A DNA stretch of 64,000 bases from Roseateles sp. (GCA_039594005.1 JBCNOF010000013.1:61835-125834); one strand, 5' to 3'; positions 29,883 to 40,364 are shown, numbered from the stretch's first letter. Made by a program: numbers and translations. Notes: generated from the letters alone by a model not told the origin.

Positions 29883-31193
29883 TCAGGAATGCTTGGGACG
29901 TTGGTCCACGACGCGGCGGGCCTTGCCCACCAGCGTGCGTTCGATCGAATCGGGTGCGCCGACCGTGACGCGGGTCGACACGCCGATCAGCGTCTTGATG
30001 CGGTGCTGCAGCGACCGGGCCATGGCTTGCGCATCGCCGCCGCCTGCGGCCGAGAGCTCGCAGCGCACCTCGACCTCGTCGAGGTGGCCGTCGCGGCTGA
30101 CGACGATCTGGTACTGGCCCGACAGGCCGGGCTCGGCGAGCACCAGTTCCTCGATCTGCGTCGGGAACAGGTTGACGCCGCGGATGATCAGCATGTCGTC
30201 GCTGCGGCCGACGATCTTGCCCATGCGGCGCATGCTGCGCGCGGTGGGCGGCAACAGGCGCGTCAGGTCGCGCGTGCGGTAGCGGATCACCGGCAGCGCC
30301 TCCTTGCTCAGCGAGGTGAACACCAGTTCCCCTTCGGAGCCGTCGGGCAGGACCTCGCCGGTCTCGGGATCGATGATCTCGGGATAGAAGTGGTCCTCCC
30401 AGATCACCGGGCCGTCCTTGGTCTCGATGCACTCGCTGGCCACGCCCGGACCCATCACCTCGGACAGACCGTAGATGTCGACGGCGTCGATGCCGGCCTT
30501 CATCTCGATCTCGCGGCGCATGGCCTCGGTCCAGGGCTCGGCGCCGAAGACGCCGACCTTGAGCGAGCTCTCGCGCGGGTCCAGGCCCTGGCGCGCGAAC
30601 TCCTCGACGATCACCTGCATGTAGCTGGGCGTCACCATGATCACGTCGGGCTTGAAGTCCTGGATCAGCTGGACCTGTTTCTCGGTCTGGCCGCCCGACA
30701 TCGGGATCACCGTGCAACCCAGCCGCTCCGCGCCGTAATGCGCGCCCAGGCCGCCGGTGAACAGGCCGTAACCGTAGGCCACATGGACGATGTCCCCGGC
30801 GCGCGTGCCCGCGGCGCGCAGCGAGCGCGCGACCAGGTCGGCCCAGGTGTCGATGTCGCGCCGCGTGTAGCCGACCACCGTCGGTTTGCCCGTCGTGCCC
30901 GAGGACGCGTGCACGCGCACGACCTGATCGCGCGGGACGGCGAAGAGGCCGAAGGGGTAGTTGTCGCGCAGGTCCTTCTTCGTCGTGAAGGGGAACAGGC
31001 GCAGGTCGCTCAGGTCCTTCAGGTCGTCCGGATGCACACCCTTGGCGTCGAACGCGGCCTTGTAGTGCGGCACGTGCTCGTAGGCCTGCTGGAGCGTCCA
31101 CTTCAGGCGCTGCAGCTGGAGCGCGCGCAGCTCGTCCTGGCTGGCGCGTTCGATGGGCTCGAGCTCGTCGGGCCGGGGGGACTTCACCGTCAT
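29883..31193 (-). CDS. paaK: Phenylacetate-CoA ligase
   Basis: [31 protein letters not shown]. Start MTVK at 31193. Confidence 0.96.
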   Translation of the reverse strand: MTVKSPRPDELEPIERASQDELRALQLQRLKWTLQQAYEHVPHYKAAFDAKGVHPDDLKDLSDLRLFPFTTKKDLRDNYPFGLFAVPRDQVVRVHASSGTTGKPTVVGYTRRDIDTWADLVARSLRAAGTRAGDIVHVAYGYGLFTGGLGAHYGAERLGCTVIPMSGGQTEKQVQLIQDFKPDVIMVTPSYMQVIVEEFARQGLDPRESSLKVGVFGAEPWTEAMRREIEMKAGIDAVDIYGLSEVMGPGVASECIETKDGPVIWEDHFYPEIIDPETGEVLPDGSEGELVFTSLSKEALPVIRYRTRDLTRLLPPTARSMRRMGKIVGRSDDMLIIRGVNLFPTQIEELVLAEPGLSGQYQIVVSRDGHLDEVEVRCELSAAGGGDAQAMARSLQHRIKTLIGVSTRVTVGAPDSIERTLVGKARRVVDQRPKHS

Positions 31194-31243
31194 GTCGTGT
31201 GTCTCCTTGTCGTTCCGGGGGCGCGGGCGCGCGCGGGACGCGC

Positions 31244-31711
31244 TCAGGGCGCGCCGGCCAGCTCCGGCACCACGGGCTTGCCCTTGATGCGATAGGACCG
31301 GCCCCGGAAGACCGCGATCAGTTCGTCGCGCTGGTTGGTGATGCGGATGTCGTAGACGCCGGTGCGCCCGGCCAGCGAGGTCTCGCTGGCACGCGCGGTC
31401 AGCACGTCGCCCAGCCGGGACGGCGCGACGATGTCGATCGCGAAGCCCGACGCCACCGTCACCTCGTTGTGCGAGTTGCAGGCGAAGGCAAAACAGGAAT
31501 CGGCCAGCGTCGTCACGAAGCCGCCGTGGCAGATGTCGAAACCGTTGAGCATGTCCTCGCGCACCGTCATCGACAGCGTCGCGCTGCCCGGGGCGATCGC
31601 GTCCACGCGCATGCCCAGGCCCTGGGAGGCGCGGTCGTTGGCGAACATGGTGTCGCGCACGGCCTCGGCCATGCGCTGCGGGTCCACACCGGCGTTGGAG
31701 GTCGCGCTCAT
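31244..31711 (-). CDS. paaI: Hydroxyphenylacetyl-CoA thioesterase
   Basis: Hot-dog fold motif [23 protein letters not shown]. Confidence 0.94.
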   Translation of the reverse strand: MSATSNAGVDPQRMAEAVRDTMFANDRASQGLGMRVDAIAPGSATLSMTVREDMLNGFDICHGGFVTTLADSCFAFACNSHNEVTVASGFAIDIVAPSRLGDVLTARASETSLAGRTGVYDIRITNQRDELIAVFRGRSYRIKGKPVVPELAGAP

Positions 31712-32580
31712 CAGCGGTCCTTGAACACCGGCGCGCGCTTGGACAGGAAGGCGGCGGCGCCCTCGAGGTAATCGTGCGCGTAGCCGAGCTGGCTCTGCAG
31801 CCTGGCCTCGAGCTTGAGCGAGTCCTCGAATTCGAGGTCCATCGACGCATCCAGCGCCTGGCGCGTCTGCACCAGCGCCGCGGTGGGCAGCCTGGCGAGC
31901 TTCTGCGCGGTGAGCATGGCCTCGCTGGCCAGGTCGGCGTCGGCGACGCAGCGCGCGATCAGGCCCCAGGACTGGGCATCGGCCGCCGGCAGCTTGTCGC
32001 CCAGCAGCGCGAGCTGCATCGCGCGGGCGCGGCCCACCAACCGTGTCAGCAGCCAGGTGCCGCCGCAATCGGGCACCAGCCCGATCTTGGAGAAGGCCTG
32101 GATGAACGAAGCCGACTGCCCCGCCAGCACCAGGTCGCAGCCCAGCGCGAAGTTCGCGCCGGCGCCCGCGGCCACGCCGTTGACGGCGCACACGGTAGGC
32201 ACCGGCATGCTGCGCAGGCGCAGCGCGAGCGGGATGTAGTAATGGTCCAGCAGGTTGCCGATGTCCTTGGCCTTGGGCTTGCGGTGGGGGTCCACGGTGC
32301 CGTGCTCGTCGAACTCGGGCTTGATGTGCGGATCCGACAGGTCCTGGCCCGCGCAGAACGCGCGCCCGGCGCCGGTGATGAGCACCGCCCGCACGGCCGT
32401 GTCCCGGGCCGCGTCGTCCAGCGCGACACGCAACTGGCTCAGCAGCCCGGTCGTGAACGCATTCAGCGCCTGCGGGCGATTCAGCGTCAGCATACGCACC
32501 GCGCCCTCGGTGCCGATCAGCAGCGGGCTGTCGTCGGCGACGGTGGACGGGAATGCGGAGGTCATGGGGTCGGTGCTCAT
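31711..32580 (-). CDS. paaG: Ring-1,2-epoxyphenylacetyl-CoA isomerase (crotonase family)
   Basis: FCAGQDL, VAAGAGANFALGCD, IGLVPDCGGTW. Confidence 0.93.
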   Translation of the reverse strand: MSTDPMTSAFPSTVADDSPLLIGTEGAVRMLTLNRPQALNAFTTGLLSQLRVALDDAARDTAVRAVLITGAGRAFCAGQDLSDPHIKPEFDEHGTVDPHRKPKAKDIGNLLDHYYIPLALRLRSMPVPTVCAVNGVAAGAGANFALGCDLVLAGQSASFIQAFSKIGLVPDCGGTWLLTRLVGRARAMQLALLGDKLPAADAQSWGLIARCVADADLASEAMLTAQKLARLPTAALVQTRQALDASMDLEFEDSLKLEARLQSQLGYAHDYLEGAAAFLSKRAPVFKDR

Positions 32581-32644
32581 TCGGCTTGTCTCCTCGGCCG
32601 TCGATGGATTCAGCTTTTGCAGCTTTTTTTGATCGGCTTCTATT

Positions 32645-32660
32645 TACCGACCGGTCGGTA
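32645..32660. promoter_or_regulatory. PaaR/TetR operator palindrome TACCGACCGGTCGGTA
   Basis: Perfect 16-bp palindrome in the divergent paaG/paaY promoter; fits the ACCGA-N4-TCGGT motif of TetR-type paa regulators. Confidence 0.85.
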
Positions 32661-32752
32661 GATACTACGAGCCATCCGGTCCCAAGACAAGGTCGGAAAC
32701 CTAGGGTTACCACCGAGTTCTGGGTCATTTACAGCGAAACGAGGAGACATCC

Positions 32753-33364
32753 ATGCCCTGCTATGCGATCGACGGCGTCTCGCCGGTCGTCCATCCGAGC
32801 GCGCACGTGCATCCGACCGCGGTGCTGATCGGCGACGTCATCGTCGCCCCGGACTGCTACGTCGGTCCCTGCGCGTCGCTGCGGGGGGACTTCGGCCGGA
32901 TCCGGCTGATGGCGGGTGCCAACGTGCAGGACACCTGCGTGATCCACGGCTTCCCGGACTCGGAGACGGTCGTGGAGACCAACGGCCACATCGGCCACGG
33001 CGCGGTGCTGCACGGCTGCGTGGTGCGCCACGACGCGCTGGTGGGCATGAACGCCGTGGTCATGGACGAGGCGGAAGTCGGCGCGTACAGCATCGTGGCG
33101 GCCTGCGCCTTCGTGCGCGCGGGACTGAAGCTGCCGGAGAAGTCGCTCGTCGCCGGCCTGCCGGCCAAGGTCATGCGCCCGCTGACGGAGGACGAGATCC
33201 GCTGGAAACGCGAGGGCACCGAGACTTACCAGGCGCTGGCGCGCCGCTGCCACGCGAGCCTCGTGGAGGTGCAGCCGTTGGTGGAGGAGGAAGCGCACCG
33301 GCCGCGCCTGGCGGTCGGGGGGCCTCGCACGCTGGTGGCGACCAAGCGCGACGGCGAGGCCTGA
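32753..33364 (+). CDS. paaY: PaaY (gamma-carbonic-anhydrase-like hexapeptide repeat protein)
   Basis: SLRGDFG, NVQDTCVIH, HIGHGAVLHGC. Confidence 0.92.
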   Translation: MPCYAIDGVSPVVHPSAHVHPTAVLIGDVIVAPDCYVGPCASLRGDFGRIRLMAGANVQDTCVIHGFPDSETVVETNGHIGHGAVLHGCVVRHDALVGMNAVVMDEAEVGAYSIVAACAFVRAGLKLPEKSLVAGLPAKVMRPLTEDEIRWKREGTETYQALARRCHASLVEVQPLVEEEAHRPRLAVGGPRTLVATKRDGEA

Positions 33365-33565
33365 GCGGCAGCGCCGTTCCGAGTCACCTCGGTCCGCGAC
33401 GCGCCCACGCACGCCGTACGTGAACGTCGCTCGCACGCGGCGTACCCCGCTTGTCATCCGCCGCGCGGGCGTCGCTGGAAGAATCGGGCGCCATGTCCTC
33501 GACCGCGACGTCCCCGTGGCGGCGACGCGCGCGGCGCGCAGGCCTCGATCGGCGTCTGATCGCGC

Positions 33566-34528
33566 TCAGGCCAGCTCGGCCTTGCGGATCTCGACGCGGT
33601 CGATCAGCTCCGTGACGCGCGCGGCGGACAGCCTGTGCACGCCGCCGCCCGCGCAGGCCGCGGCGCCGGCGGCCACGGCCCAGCGCAGGTGATCCTCGGG
33701 GTCTTGCGTGATGCCGTTCATGAGGCTGTAGAGCAGCCCGGCCATGGCGGCGTCGCCCGCGCCGATGGTGTCGACGACCCGCTCCAGCGGCGGCGGCGAG
33801 GCGGAGAGATCGGCCTTCGGATGGAAGAGCTGCGCGCCGCGCTCGCCGAGCGTGAGCATCACGATGGCACGCGGATTCCAGGCCGAGATCTGCGCCAGTC
33901 CGACATGGTGGTCGCGGCTGCGGAACAGGCCGCGCAGGTCCTCGTCCGAGACCTTGATGACGTCGGCCAGCCGGCACATGCGTTCGAGCGTGCGGTCATA
34001 TCTCGAGTCCATCGAGATCCGGTAGTTCGGGTCGTAGCTGATGCGGGCGCCTTCGTCCTTGAGGGACTCGGCCAGCGCGATGAGCCGGGCCGCGAGCGGT
34101 TCGCGGGTGAGGCTGATCGAGCCGAAATGGGCCCAGCGCAGCGCGCGTCGCCAGCCGGCCGGAAGCGCATGGGGCCGGAAATGCAGGTCGGCGCTGTCGT
34201 CGCCGACGAAGGCGTACTCGGGCGGATCGATCTGATGGACGAAGGCCATCAGCGGGGACTTGGCGAACTGCTGGATGAAACGCAGGTCGAGGTTGGCGTC
34301 GGCGCTGGCCTGCCAGAGGGCCTGACCGAAGGGGTCCTTGCTGAGGCCGCCGGCGAAGGCGGCCAGTTGGCCGAGACGGGAGATGGCGACGGCGACGTTC
34401 CAGGGCGAGCCGCCGCTGCGGCTGTGCCAGCGGTCGGGGCCGTCGCGGACCATGTCGGTGAGGGCCTCGCCAAAGGAGACGAAGCTGGCCAGGTCGGCGT
34501 GGACCACGGTCGTGGGGGTCAAGCTCAT
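33566..34528 (-). CDS. PfkB-family carbohydrate kinase (fructokinase-like)
   Basis: FGEALTD, GGSPWNVA, YDPNYR, DTIGAGDA. Confidence 0.93.
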   Translation of the reverse strand: MSLTPTTVVHADLASFVSFGEALTDMVRDGPDRWHSRSGGSPWNVAVAISRLGQLAAFAGGLSKDPFGQALWQASADANLDLRFIQQFAKSPLMAFVHQIDPPEYAFVGDDSADLHFRPHALPAGWRRALRWAHFGSISLTREPLAARLIALAESLKDEGARISYDPNYRISMDSRYDRTLERMCRLADVIKVSDEDLRGLFRSRDHHVGLAQISAWNPRAIVMLTLGERGAQLFHPKADLSASPPPLERVVDTIGAGDAAMAGLLYSLMNGITQDPEDHLRWAVAAGAAACAGGGVHRLSAARVTELIDRVEIRKAELA

Positions 34529-34601
34529 ACCGCGATTCGAACTCCGCACGCGGCCCCACGCAAGTGACAAGTCCTACAGGGTGACGAAGGACAGGGGGTG
34601 G

Positions 34602-34880
34602 TCAGCGGAGCTCCAGCAACACCTCGGGATGGGCCATCGCCACGCGCAGCAAGGTCCTGGCGGCGCCTGTGGGTTCCCGTCGCCCCTGTTCCCATTCCTG
34701 CAAGGTCCGCTTGGACACGCCGAGCAGGCCGGCGAAGTCCGCCTGCGACAGCCCGGTGCAGGCTCGCGCCTCGGCGGCGCCAGGCACAACCACCTGCGTG
34801 AGCCTGGCGACGCGACCCGCCTTCATCTGTCGCACAGACTCCAGAAGGTCCTGCTGGAACCTCTCCTTGTCCTTAGGCAT
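34602..34880 (-). CDS. HTH (Xre/YiaG-like) antitoxin
   Basis: GLSQADFAGLLGVSKRTLQEWEQGRREPTGAARTLL; overlaps the toxin stop. Confidence 0.9.
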   Translation of the reverse strand: MPKDKERFQQDLLESVRQMKAGRVARLTQVVVPGAAEARACTGLSQADFAGLLGVSKRTLQEWEQGRREPTGAARTLLRVAMAHPEVLLELR

Positions 34881-35184
34881 CCTCGATCTCCTCCTTCAAT
34901 TCGGCCAGAAAGGCAGCCGGCAAGCTGTCATAGGAAGCCTTCGCGTACACGATCAGCAGCCAGATCACGTGATCCTCAACATTGAAATAGATCACTCGCA
35001 CCCCGCCTCGCTTGCCTCGTCCCGCCTTGAACCAGCGCACCTTCCGGCACCCGCCCGTTCCCGGGATCACCGCTCCGGCCTCCGGATTCAGTGCGATCCA
35101 GTCGATGAATGCCAGCCGTTCCGCCTCGGTCCAGACCTCGGCGGCGTACTTCTGAAACATCGGGGTCTCGGCAACGGTTCGCAT
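34873..35184 (-). CDS. RelE/HigB-2-like toxin
   Basis: NPEAGAVIPGTGGCRKVRW...GKRGGVRVIY; toxin-first gene order. Confidence 0.9.
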   Translation of the reverse strand: MRTVAETPMFQKYAAEVWTEAERLAFIDWIALNPEAGAVIPGTGGCRKVRWFKAGRGKRGGVRVIYFNVEDHVIWLLIVYAKASYDSLPAAFLAELKEEIEDA

Positions 35185-35193
35185 GCTGCCACA

Positions 35194-35210
35194 GTACGTC
35201 GTTGACGTAC
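35194..35210. promoter_or_regulatory. Inverted-repeat operator upstream of TA toxin
   Basis: GTACGTC-GTT-GACGTAC, 10-26 bp upstream of the toxin ATG. Confidence 0.65.
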
Positions 35211-35395
35211 AGGCTCACCATGACTCAATCCCATGGACCTGCGGCGTCGCCCACCTTGTTCGCGTCAGCTCGATGCCTTGGTTCTGCCAATCGCGGTGAA
35301 CTAGCGCACAAGCACGCCCGTCCTGGCGTCGCCCGGAGCACGCGACATGGGCTTGACCCGGCACGGGCGCTCGGGCGGCGGCACAATCCCGTTCC

Positions 35396-36532
35396 ATGAC
35401 CGATGGTGTGATCCCGCTGCTCGACCTGCGCCAGATCCGGCGCACGCCGCCCGTGCCGCACCCGCTGCCCGACCCCCGCAGCGGCCCGTGGCTGGACGCC
35501 CGCGGCCGGCCGCTGCGCGACCTGCGCATCTCCGTCACCGACCGCTGCAACTTCCGTTGCAGCTATTGCATGCCCAAGGAAGTCTTCGACAAGGACTTCC
35601 CCTTCCTCCCCCATCGCGACCTCCTCTCCTTCGAGGAAATCACCCGCCTGGCCGCCGTCTTCGCCCGGCTCGGCGTGCACAAGCTCCGCCTGACCGGCGG
35701 CGAACCGCTGCTGCGCCGCCATCTCGAAGCCCTCATCGCCCAGCTCGCCGCGTTGCGCACGCCCGAGGGCCAGCCGCTGGATCTGACGCTGACCACCAAC
35801 GGGTCGCTGCTGGCGCGCAAGGCCCAGGCGCTCAAGGACGCCGGCCTGCAACGCGTCACCGTCAGCCTGGACGCGCTGGACGACGCCGTCTTCCGGCGCA
35901 TGAACGACGTGGACTTCCCCGTGGCCGACGTGCTGCGCGGCATCGAGGCCGCCCAGGCCGCGGGCCTCTCGCCGATCAAGGTCAACATGGTCGTCAAGCG
36001 CGGCACCAACGACGACCAGATCGTCCCGATGGCGCGCCATTTCCGCGGCACCGGCGTCGTGCTGCGCTTCATCGAGTACATGGACGTCGGCATGAGCAAC
36101 GGCTGGCGCATGGATGAGGTGCTGCCCTCGGTGCAGGTGCTGGACCGGCTGCGTGAGCACGCCGAGCTCGTCCCGCTGGCGCCCGCCACCGAGGGCGAGA
36201 CCGCCACCCGCTGGGGCTACGCCGACGGCAGCGGCGAGATCGGCCTGATCTCCAGCGTCACGCAGGCCTTCTGCGGCGACTGCAACCGCGCCCGGCTCTC
36301 CACCGAGGGCCGGCTCTACACCTGCCTGTTCGCCGGCGACGGCCACGACCTGCGCGCGCTGCTGCGCGGCGACGCCGACCACGACCCGCGCACCGACGAC
36401 GAGATCGCAGCCGCCCTCGGCGCGCTCTGGACCCGCCGCGGCGACCGCTACTCCGAGCTCCGCGCCAGCCAGCCGGCCACCCCCGACGCGGGTCCGGCGC
36501 GCCGCGTCGAGATGCACTACATCGGCGGCTGA
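35396..36532 (+). CDS. moaA: GTP 3',8-cyclase MoaA
   Basis: Radical [12 protein letters not shown]-terminal [10 protein letters not shown]...C, terminal MHYIGG. Confidence 0.97.
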   Translation: MTDGVIPLLDLRQIRRTPPVPHPLPDPRSGPWLDARGRPLRDLRISVTDRCNFRCSYCMPKEVFDKDFPFLPHRDLLSFEEITRLAAVFARLGVHKLRLTGGEPLLRRHLEALIAQLAALRTPEGQPLDLTLTTNGSLLARKAQALKDAGLQRVTVSLDALDDAVFRRMNDVDFPVADVLRGIEAAQAAGLSPIKVNMVVKRGTNDDQIVPMARHFRGTGVVLRFIEYMDVGMSNGWRMDEVLPSVQVLDRLREHAELVPLAPATEGETATRWGYADGSGEIGLISSVTQAFCGDCNRARLSTEGRLYTCLFAGDGHDLRALLRGDADHDPRTDDEIAAALGALWTRRGDRYSELRASQPATPDAGPARRVEMHYIGG

Positions 36533-37137
36533 TGCGCGCCACCGCGCTGATCCTCTGCGGCGGCCGTGCCACGCGCATGGGCGGCGTCGACAAGCCGCTG
36601 CAGCCTTTCCAGGGCCGACCGCTGGTCGAGCACGTCATCGCGCGCGTCGCGCCGCAGACGGACGGCCGCGTGCTGATCAGCGCGAACCGCCACCTGGACG
36701 ATTACGCGCGGCTCGGGCACCCCGTGCTGAGCGACACCCTGCCCGACTTCCCCGGCCCGCTGGCCGGCATCCTGGCCGGCCTGGACGCCCTGCCCGCGGA
36801 GGACTGGGCGCTGGTCGTCAGCGGCGACAGCCCCTGGCTGCCGCACGACCTGCTCATGCGCCTGGCCGGTGGTCTCGCGCCGGGACACACCGCCGCGATG
36901 GCCATGGGCCGGGAAGCACCCGGCGAGCCGCTGCGCCCGCAGCCGCTGGCCAGCCTGATCCAGGCCCGGCATCGCGACACGCTGGCCGTCGCGTTGCGCT
37001 CGGGCGAGCGTCGCGTCGCGGGCTGGCTGCGCACGCTGCGGTTGTCGCTGGTCGACTTCGACCAGCCCGGCGACGAACGGGCCTTCGCCAACATCAACGA
37101 CAGGAGCGAGCTTGAGCGCCTCGAACGACTTCGCTGA
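36532..37137 (+). CDS. mobA: Molybdenum cofactor guanylyltransferase
   Basis: ILCGGRATRMGGVDK, GPLAGI, FANIN. Confidence 0.93.
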   Translation: MRATALILCGGRATRMGGVDKPLQPFQGRPLVEHVIARVAPQTDGRVLISANRHLDDYARLGHPVLSDTLPDFPGPLAGILAGLDALPAEDWALVVSGDSPWLPHDLLMRLAGGLAPGHTAAMAMGREAPGEPLRPQPLASLIQARHRDTLAVALRSGERRVAGWLRTLRLSLVDFDQPGDERAFANINDRSELERLERLR

Positions 37138-37714
37138 CGGTCCGGCCGTGCCGCCCGAGAGGCTCCCCGCCGACGGTCTCCCGGCGGAGGGCTCCATCAC
37201 GCTGCGGCTGCTGACCGAGCCCGACCTGCCGGCCTACAAGGCGCTGCGCGACGCGATGCTCGCGCGCCACGAACAGGCCTTCACCTCCGATGCCGAGGCC
37301 GAACGCGTGCGCGAGGCCGCGAGCTACAAGGTCCGGCTGCATCCGCAGGCGGGCGGCAAGTCGCTGTTCACGCTGGGCGCCTGGGACGGCGACCGGCTCG
37401 TCGGCGCGCTGACCTGCGAGCATGAGAACCGGAAGAAGGTGCTGCACATCGCGCACCTGATCGGGATGATGGTCGACGACGCCTACCGCGGCCGCGGCAT
37501 CGGCAAGCGGCTGCTGCACCAGGCGCTGGCGCTGCTGCGGCGCGAGCCCCGGCTGGAAATGGTCACGCTGAGCGTCACGGCGGGCAACCAGTCGGCGATC
37601 GCCGTGTACCGCGGCGCCGGCTTCACCCGCTACGGCCACCTGCCACGCGCGATCCGCCTGTCCGACGGCCGGTATTACGCCAAGGACCTGATGAGCCTGG
37701 ACCTGCGGCCCTGA
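37112..37714 (+). CDS. GNAT-family N-acetyltransferase
   Basis: AcCoA motif YRGRGIGKRLL; AIAVYRGAGF. Confidence 0.88.
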   Translation: MSASNDFADGPAVPPERLPADGLPAEGSITLRLLTEPDLPAYKALRDAMLARHEQAFTSDAEAERVREAASYKVRLHPQAGGKSLFTLGAWDGDRLVGALTCEHENRKKVLHIAHLIGMMVDDAYRGRGIGKRLLHQALALLRREPRLEMVTLSVTAGNQSAIAVYRGAGFTRYGHLPRAIRLSDGRYYAKDLMSLDLRP

Positions 37715-37727
37715 CGGCCGCCCGGGC

Positions 37728-38561
37728 TCACTCGCAGCCGGCGGCCGGACGGGCGGCGATGTCCACGTCCACCGAGATCTCGTCCTGGATGGCGAGCAAT
37801 CCCCCCAGGATGGAGAACGGCGCGATGCCGAAATCGCTCTGACGGAGGATGAGCGCGCCCTGCGCGCGCAGTGGCGACTCCCCCGAAGGACGGGCGACCC
37901 GCACCGGCACGTTGAAGGTCCGCGTCTGGCCGTGCCAGTCGATCGAGAGCTGGACCGCCAGCCAGGGGAAGGCGCCCGCGGTGGCGGTCCCCCGCATCGT
38001 GACCACCGGGAAGCGCTCGCCGTCGACCGCGCGCAGCAGGTTGGTGCGCGTGCCGGCGATGTCCGAGGCGGACGGCGTGCTGGCGAATTCCGGCCCGAGC
38101 GCCGCGCGCCATTCGGCCTTGTCGATGACGAGTTCATCCACCCGGAACGCCATGTCCAGGCCCGCGCCGGCGATGCCGTCCGCCGGGACGAAGACCTGAC
38201 CGGCGAGCCGCTCGACGCCGATCACGTGGTTGTGACCCGCCTTGGCCAGCCGCCCGGCGCGGAACACATGCAGCCGCACCTGCGTCGCCGCGGCATCGAC
38301 GCGGTACAGCCGCCCTTCCCCGCGCTGCTGGGCGCCCAGCCACGCGGCGCAGGACGCGCTGACCGCGCTGACCGCCGCGCCGGCCGGGGCGGTGCGCGCT
38401 GGCGCCGCCGCCTCCGGCGCGCTGGGAGCTGTGCCGCATCCCGCGAGCAGCAGCGCACCGGCCATCGCGGCAATCAGGCCCTGGGCTCGGGTCAATGGCC
38501 GCGTCCCGGCCTGGGCGTTCCCGCCCGAAGGCACCTCGCTTGCCGGCGTCAACACTCGCAT
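37728..38561 (-). CDS. YceI-family lipoprotein
   Basis: LLAGC lipobox; LAKAGHNHV, LRQSDFGIAPFS. Confidence 0.8.
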   Translation of the reverse strand: MRVLTPASEVPSGGNAQAGTRPLTRAQGLIAAMAGALLLAGCGTAPSAPEAAAPARTAPAGAAVSAVSASCAAWLGAQQRGEGRLYRVDAAATQVRLHVFRAGRLAKAGHNHVIGVERLAGQVFVPADGIAGAGLDMAFRVDELVIDKAEWRAALGPEFASTPSASDIAGTRTNLLRAVDGERFPVVTMRGTATAGAFPWLAVQLSIDWHGQTRTFNVPVRVARPSGESPLRAQGALILRQSDFGIAPFSILGGLLAIQDEISVDVDIAARPAAGCE

Positions 38562-38662
38562 AGGGGTAAACGAAAGTGGTCAGACCTGCATTCTGAACGG
38601 CACAAACAAGCTGGTCGCACTAGCATTGCCACATCACGACGACATCCCGCACGGAGACCGCC

Positions 38663-39193
38663 ATGGCACGCCAAGCCACCGACCTGATGGCGCAATACGC
38701 CGCCTATCACCGCGACCGCAGAAACATCGCCACGCACTTCGTCGGCATCCCGCTGATCGTCTTCGCGATCGGCGTGTTGCTGGCGCGCGCGCAATTCCAC
38801 GTCGCCGACTGGACCGTCTCCGCGGCCTGGCTGGTCTGGGGCCTGGCCACGATCTGGTACCTCACGCGGGGCAACCTGGTGCTGGGCCTGTCCACGGCGC
38901 TGGTCAACGCGGTGCTGATGGCGCTGGCGCATCCGCTGGCGGCCGGATCCTTCGGCGGCTGGCTGGCCTGGGGCCTGGGCAGCTTCCTCGTCGGATGGAT
39001 CATCCAGTTCATCGGTCACTATTACGAGGGTCGCAAGCCCGCGTTCGTCGACGACCTGATCGGGTTGCTGGTGGGCCCGATGTTCGTCGTCGGCGAGGCG
39101 CTCTTCGCGATGGGCTGGGGCCGCGACCTGCTCGCCGAGATCGAGCGCCGCGCCGGTCCCACCCATCTGCGCGACCTCACCCACCCCGCCTGA
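38663..39193 (+). CDS. DUF962/Mpo1-like membrane protein
   Basis: YAAYHRDRRNIATHFVGIP, QFIGHYYEGRKPA. Confidence 0.88.
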   Translation: MARQATDLMAQYAAYHRDRRNIATHFVGIPLIVFAIGVLLARAQFHVADWTVSAAWLVWGLATIWYLTRGNLVLGLSTALVNAVLMALAHPLAAGSFGGWLAWGLGSFLVGWIIQFIGHYYEGRKPAFVDDLIGLLVGPMFVVGEALFAMGWGRDLLAEIERRAGPTHLRDLTHPA

Positions 39194-39335
39194 GGGAGAG
39201 CGCCCGGCGCCCGCCCGATCGACCTCCCGGCGATCACCCCATTGTTGGGGGTCGGGTCTTGCAGGGGTTGCGGCGCGCCGCCAAGGCGCTTATCTTGGGT
39301 GTCCGAGTTCCGCCAGGATGTCGCCAGGAGGCCCC

Positions 39336-39764
39336 ATGAAACCGGTGTCCGAACTGCTGAAGAACCGCGGACCGAGCGTCTGGCGCATCGCGCAAGAAGC
39401 CACGGTGTTCGATGCGCTGCACCTGCTCGCCGAGCACGACGTGGGCGCGCTGCTGGTGATGGAGGGCGAGCGGCTGCTCGGCATCTTCTCGGAGCGGGAC
39501 TACACCCGAAAGATCGCGTTGCAGGGCCGCGATTCGCGCAAGACGCAGGTCAAGGACGTCATGACGCCCAACGTGTTCGTCGTCAAGCCGAACACCGACT
39601 GCCGCGAATGCATGAGCCTGATGAGCCAACGCAAGATCCGCCATCTGCCGGTGGTCGAGGGCGCCACCGTCGTGGGCATGCTCTCCATCCGTGACCTGAT
39701 GGACAACATCATTGCCGATGACGAAATGACGATTGCGCAACTCCAGAGTTATATCTACGGTTAG
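39336..39764 (+). CDS. CBS-domain protein
   Basis: Tandem CBS pair (GIFSERDY, IRHLPVV..GMLSIRDL). Confidence 0.9.
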   Translation: MKPVSELLKNRGPSVWRIAQEATVFDALHLLAEHDVGALLVMEGERLLGIFSERDYTRKIALQGRDSRKTQVKDVMTPNVFVVKPNTDCRECMSLMSQRKIRHLPVVEGATVVGMLSIRDLMDNIIADDEMTIAQLQSYIYG

Positions 39765-40339
39765 CCGCCCCAGAACTGCAGCGCCGCCTCCGCGCCCGCT
39801 TTCTGCGCGCGCGGCTTGGGCGGCTTGTCCGACGGCGCGGGCGTGCCCAACGCGATCCAGCCGAGCAGCATCTCCCCCGGCTCGCAGAACGCGGCGATCA
39901 ATCCCGGATCGCGCGCCTTCGCGCCGCTCAGCATCTTCCCGCCGAAACCCAGCGCCTGCGCCGCGTTCAGGAAGTTGGTCAGGGCCCCGCCGGCGCAGGC
40001 CCATTGCTCATGCGCAGGCACCTGCGGATGACCCAGATCCAGCCGCACCACCACCGCCACCGTCATCGGCGGCTTCAGCGCCCGCTCCTCATCCATCGCG
40101 ATGCCCGCGTCGTCCTTGCCGGCCCGGCGCGCGGCTTCGCCATACAGGCGCGCCATCGCCGCGCGCGCCTCGCCGCGCACGACCTTGAACCGGAACGGCA
40201 CCAGCCCCGCGTGATCGGGCGCATGCAACGCCGCATCGACCATCAGCGCCAGTTGCGCGTCGTCGGGCGCGGGATCGACCAGGTACTTCGGTCCGACCGA
40301 CGCGCGCGCGCGCAGTAGCGCCAGGGCTTGCTCGTTCAT
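39761..40339 (-). CDS. Nitroreductase (YdjA-like)
   Basis: R.S.GPKYL, AALHAPDHAGLVPFRF, LLGWIALGT. Confidence 0.85.
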   Translation of the reverse strand: MNEQALALLRARASVGPKYLVDPAPDDAQLALMVDAALHAPDHAGLVPFRFKVVRGEARAAMARLYGEAARRAGKDDAGIAMDEERALKPPMTVAVVVRLDLGHPQVPAHEQWACAGGALTNFLNAAQALGFGGKMLSGAKARDPGLIAAFCEPGEMLLGWIALGTPAPSDKPPKPRAQKAGAEAALQFWGG

Positions 40340-40364
40340 GGGGACTCTCTTCAGCCGTTCAGCT

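Noticed and set aside
28870-32728. Long track ORFs 28870..31101, 29883..31850 and 31244..32728 implying paa fusions
   Set aside because: Upstream extensions are Arg/Pro/Gly-rich shadow frames typical of high-GC DNA; the real starts are 29871, 31193 and 31711.
35220-35395. Possible Moco riboswitch upstream of moaA
   Set aside because: I could not recognise the conserved Moco riboswitch motifs; an Infernal search against Rfam would settle it.
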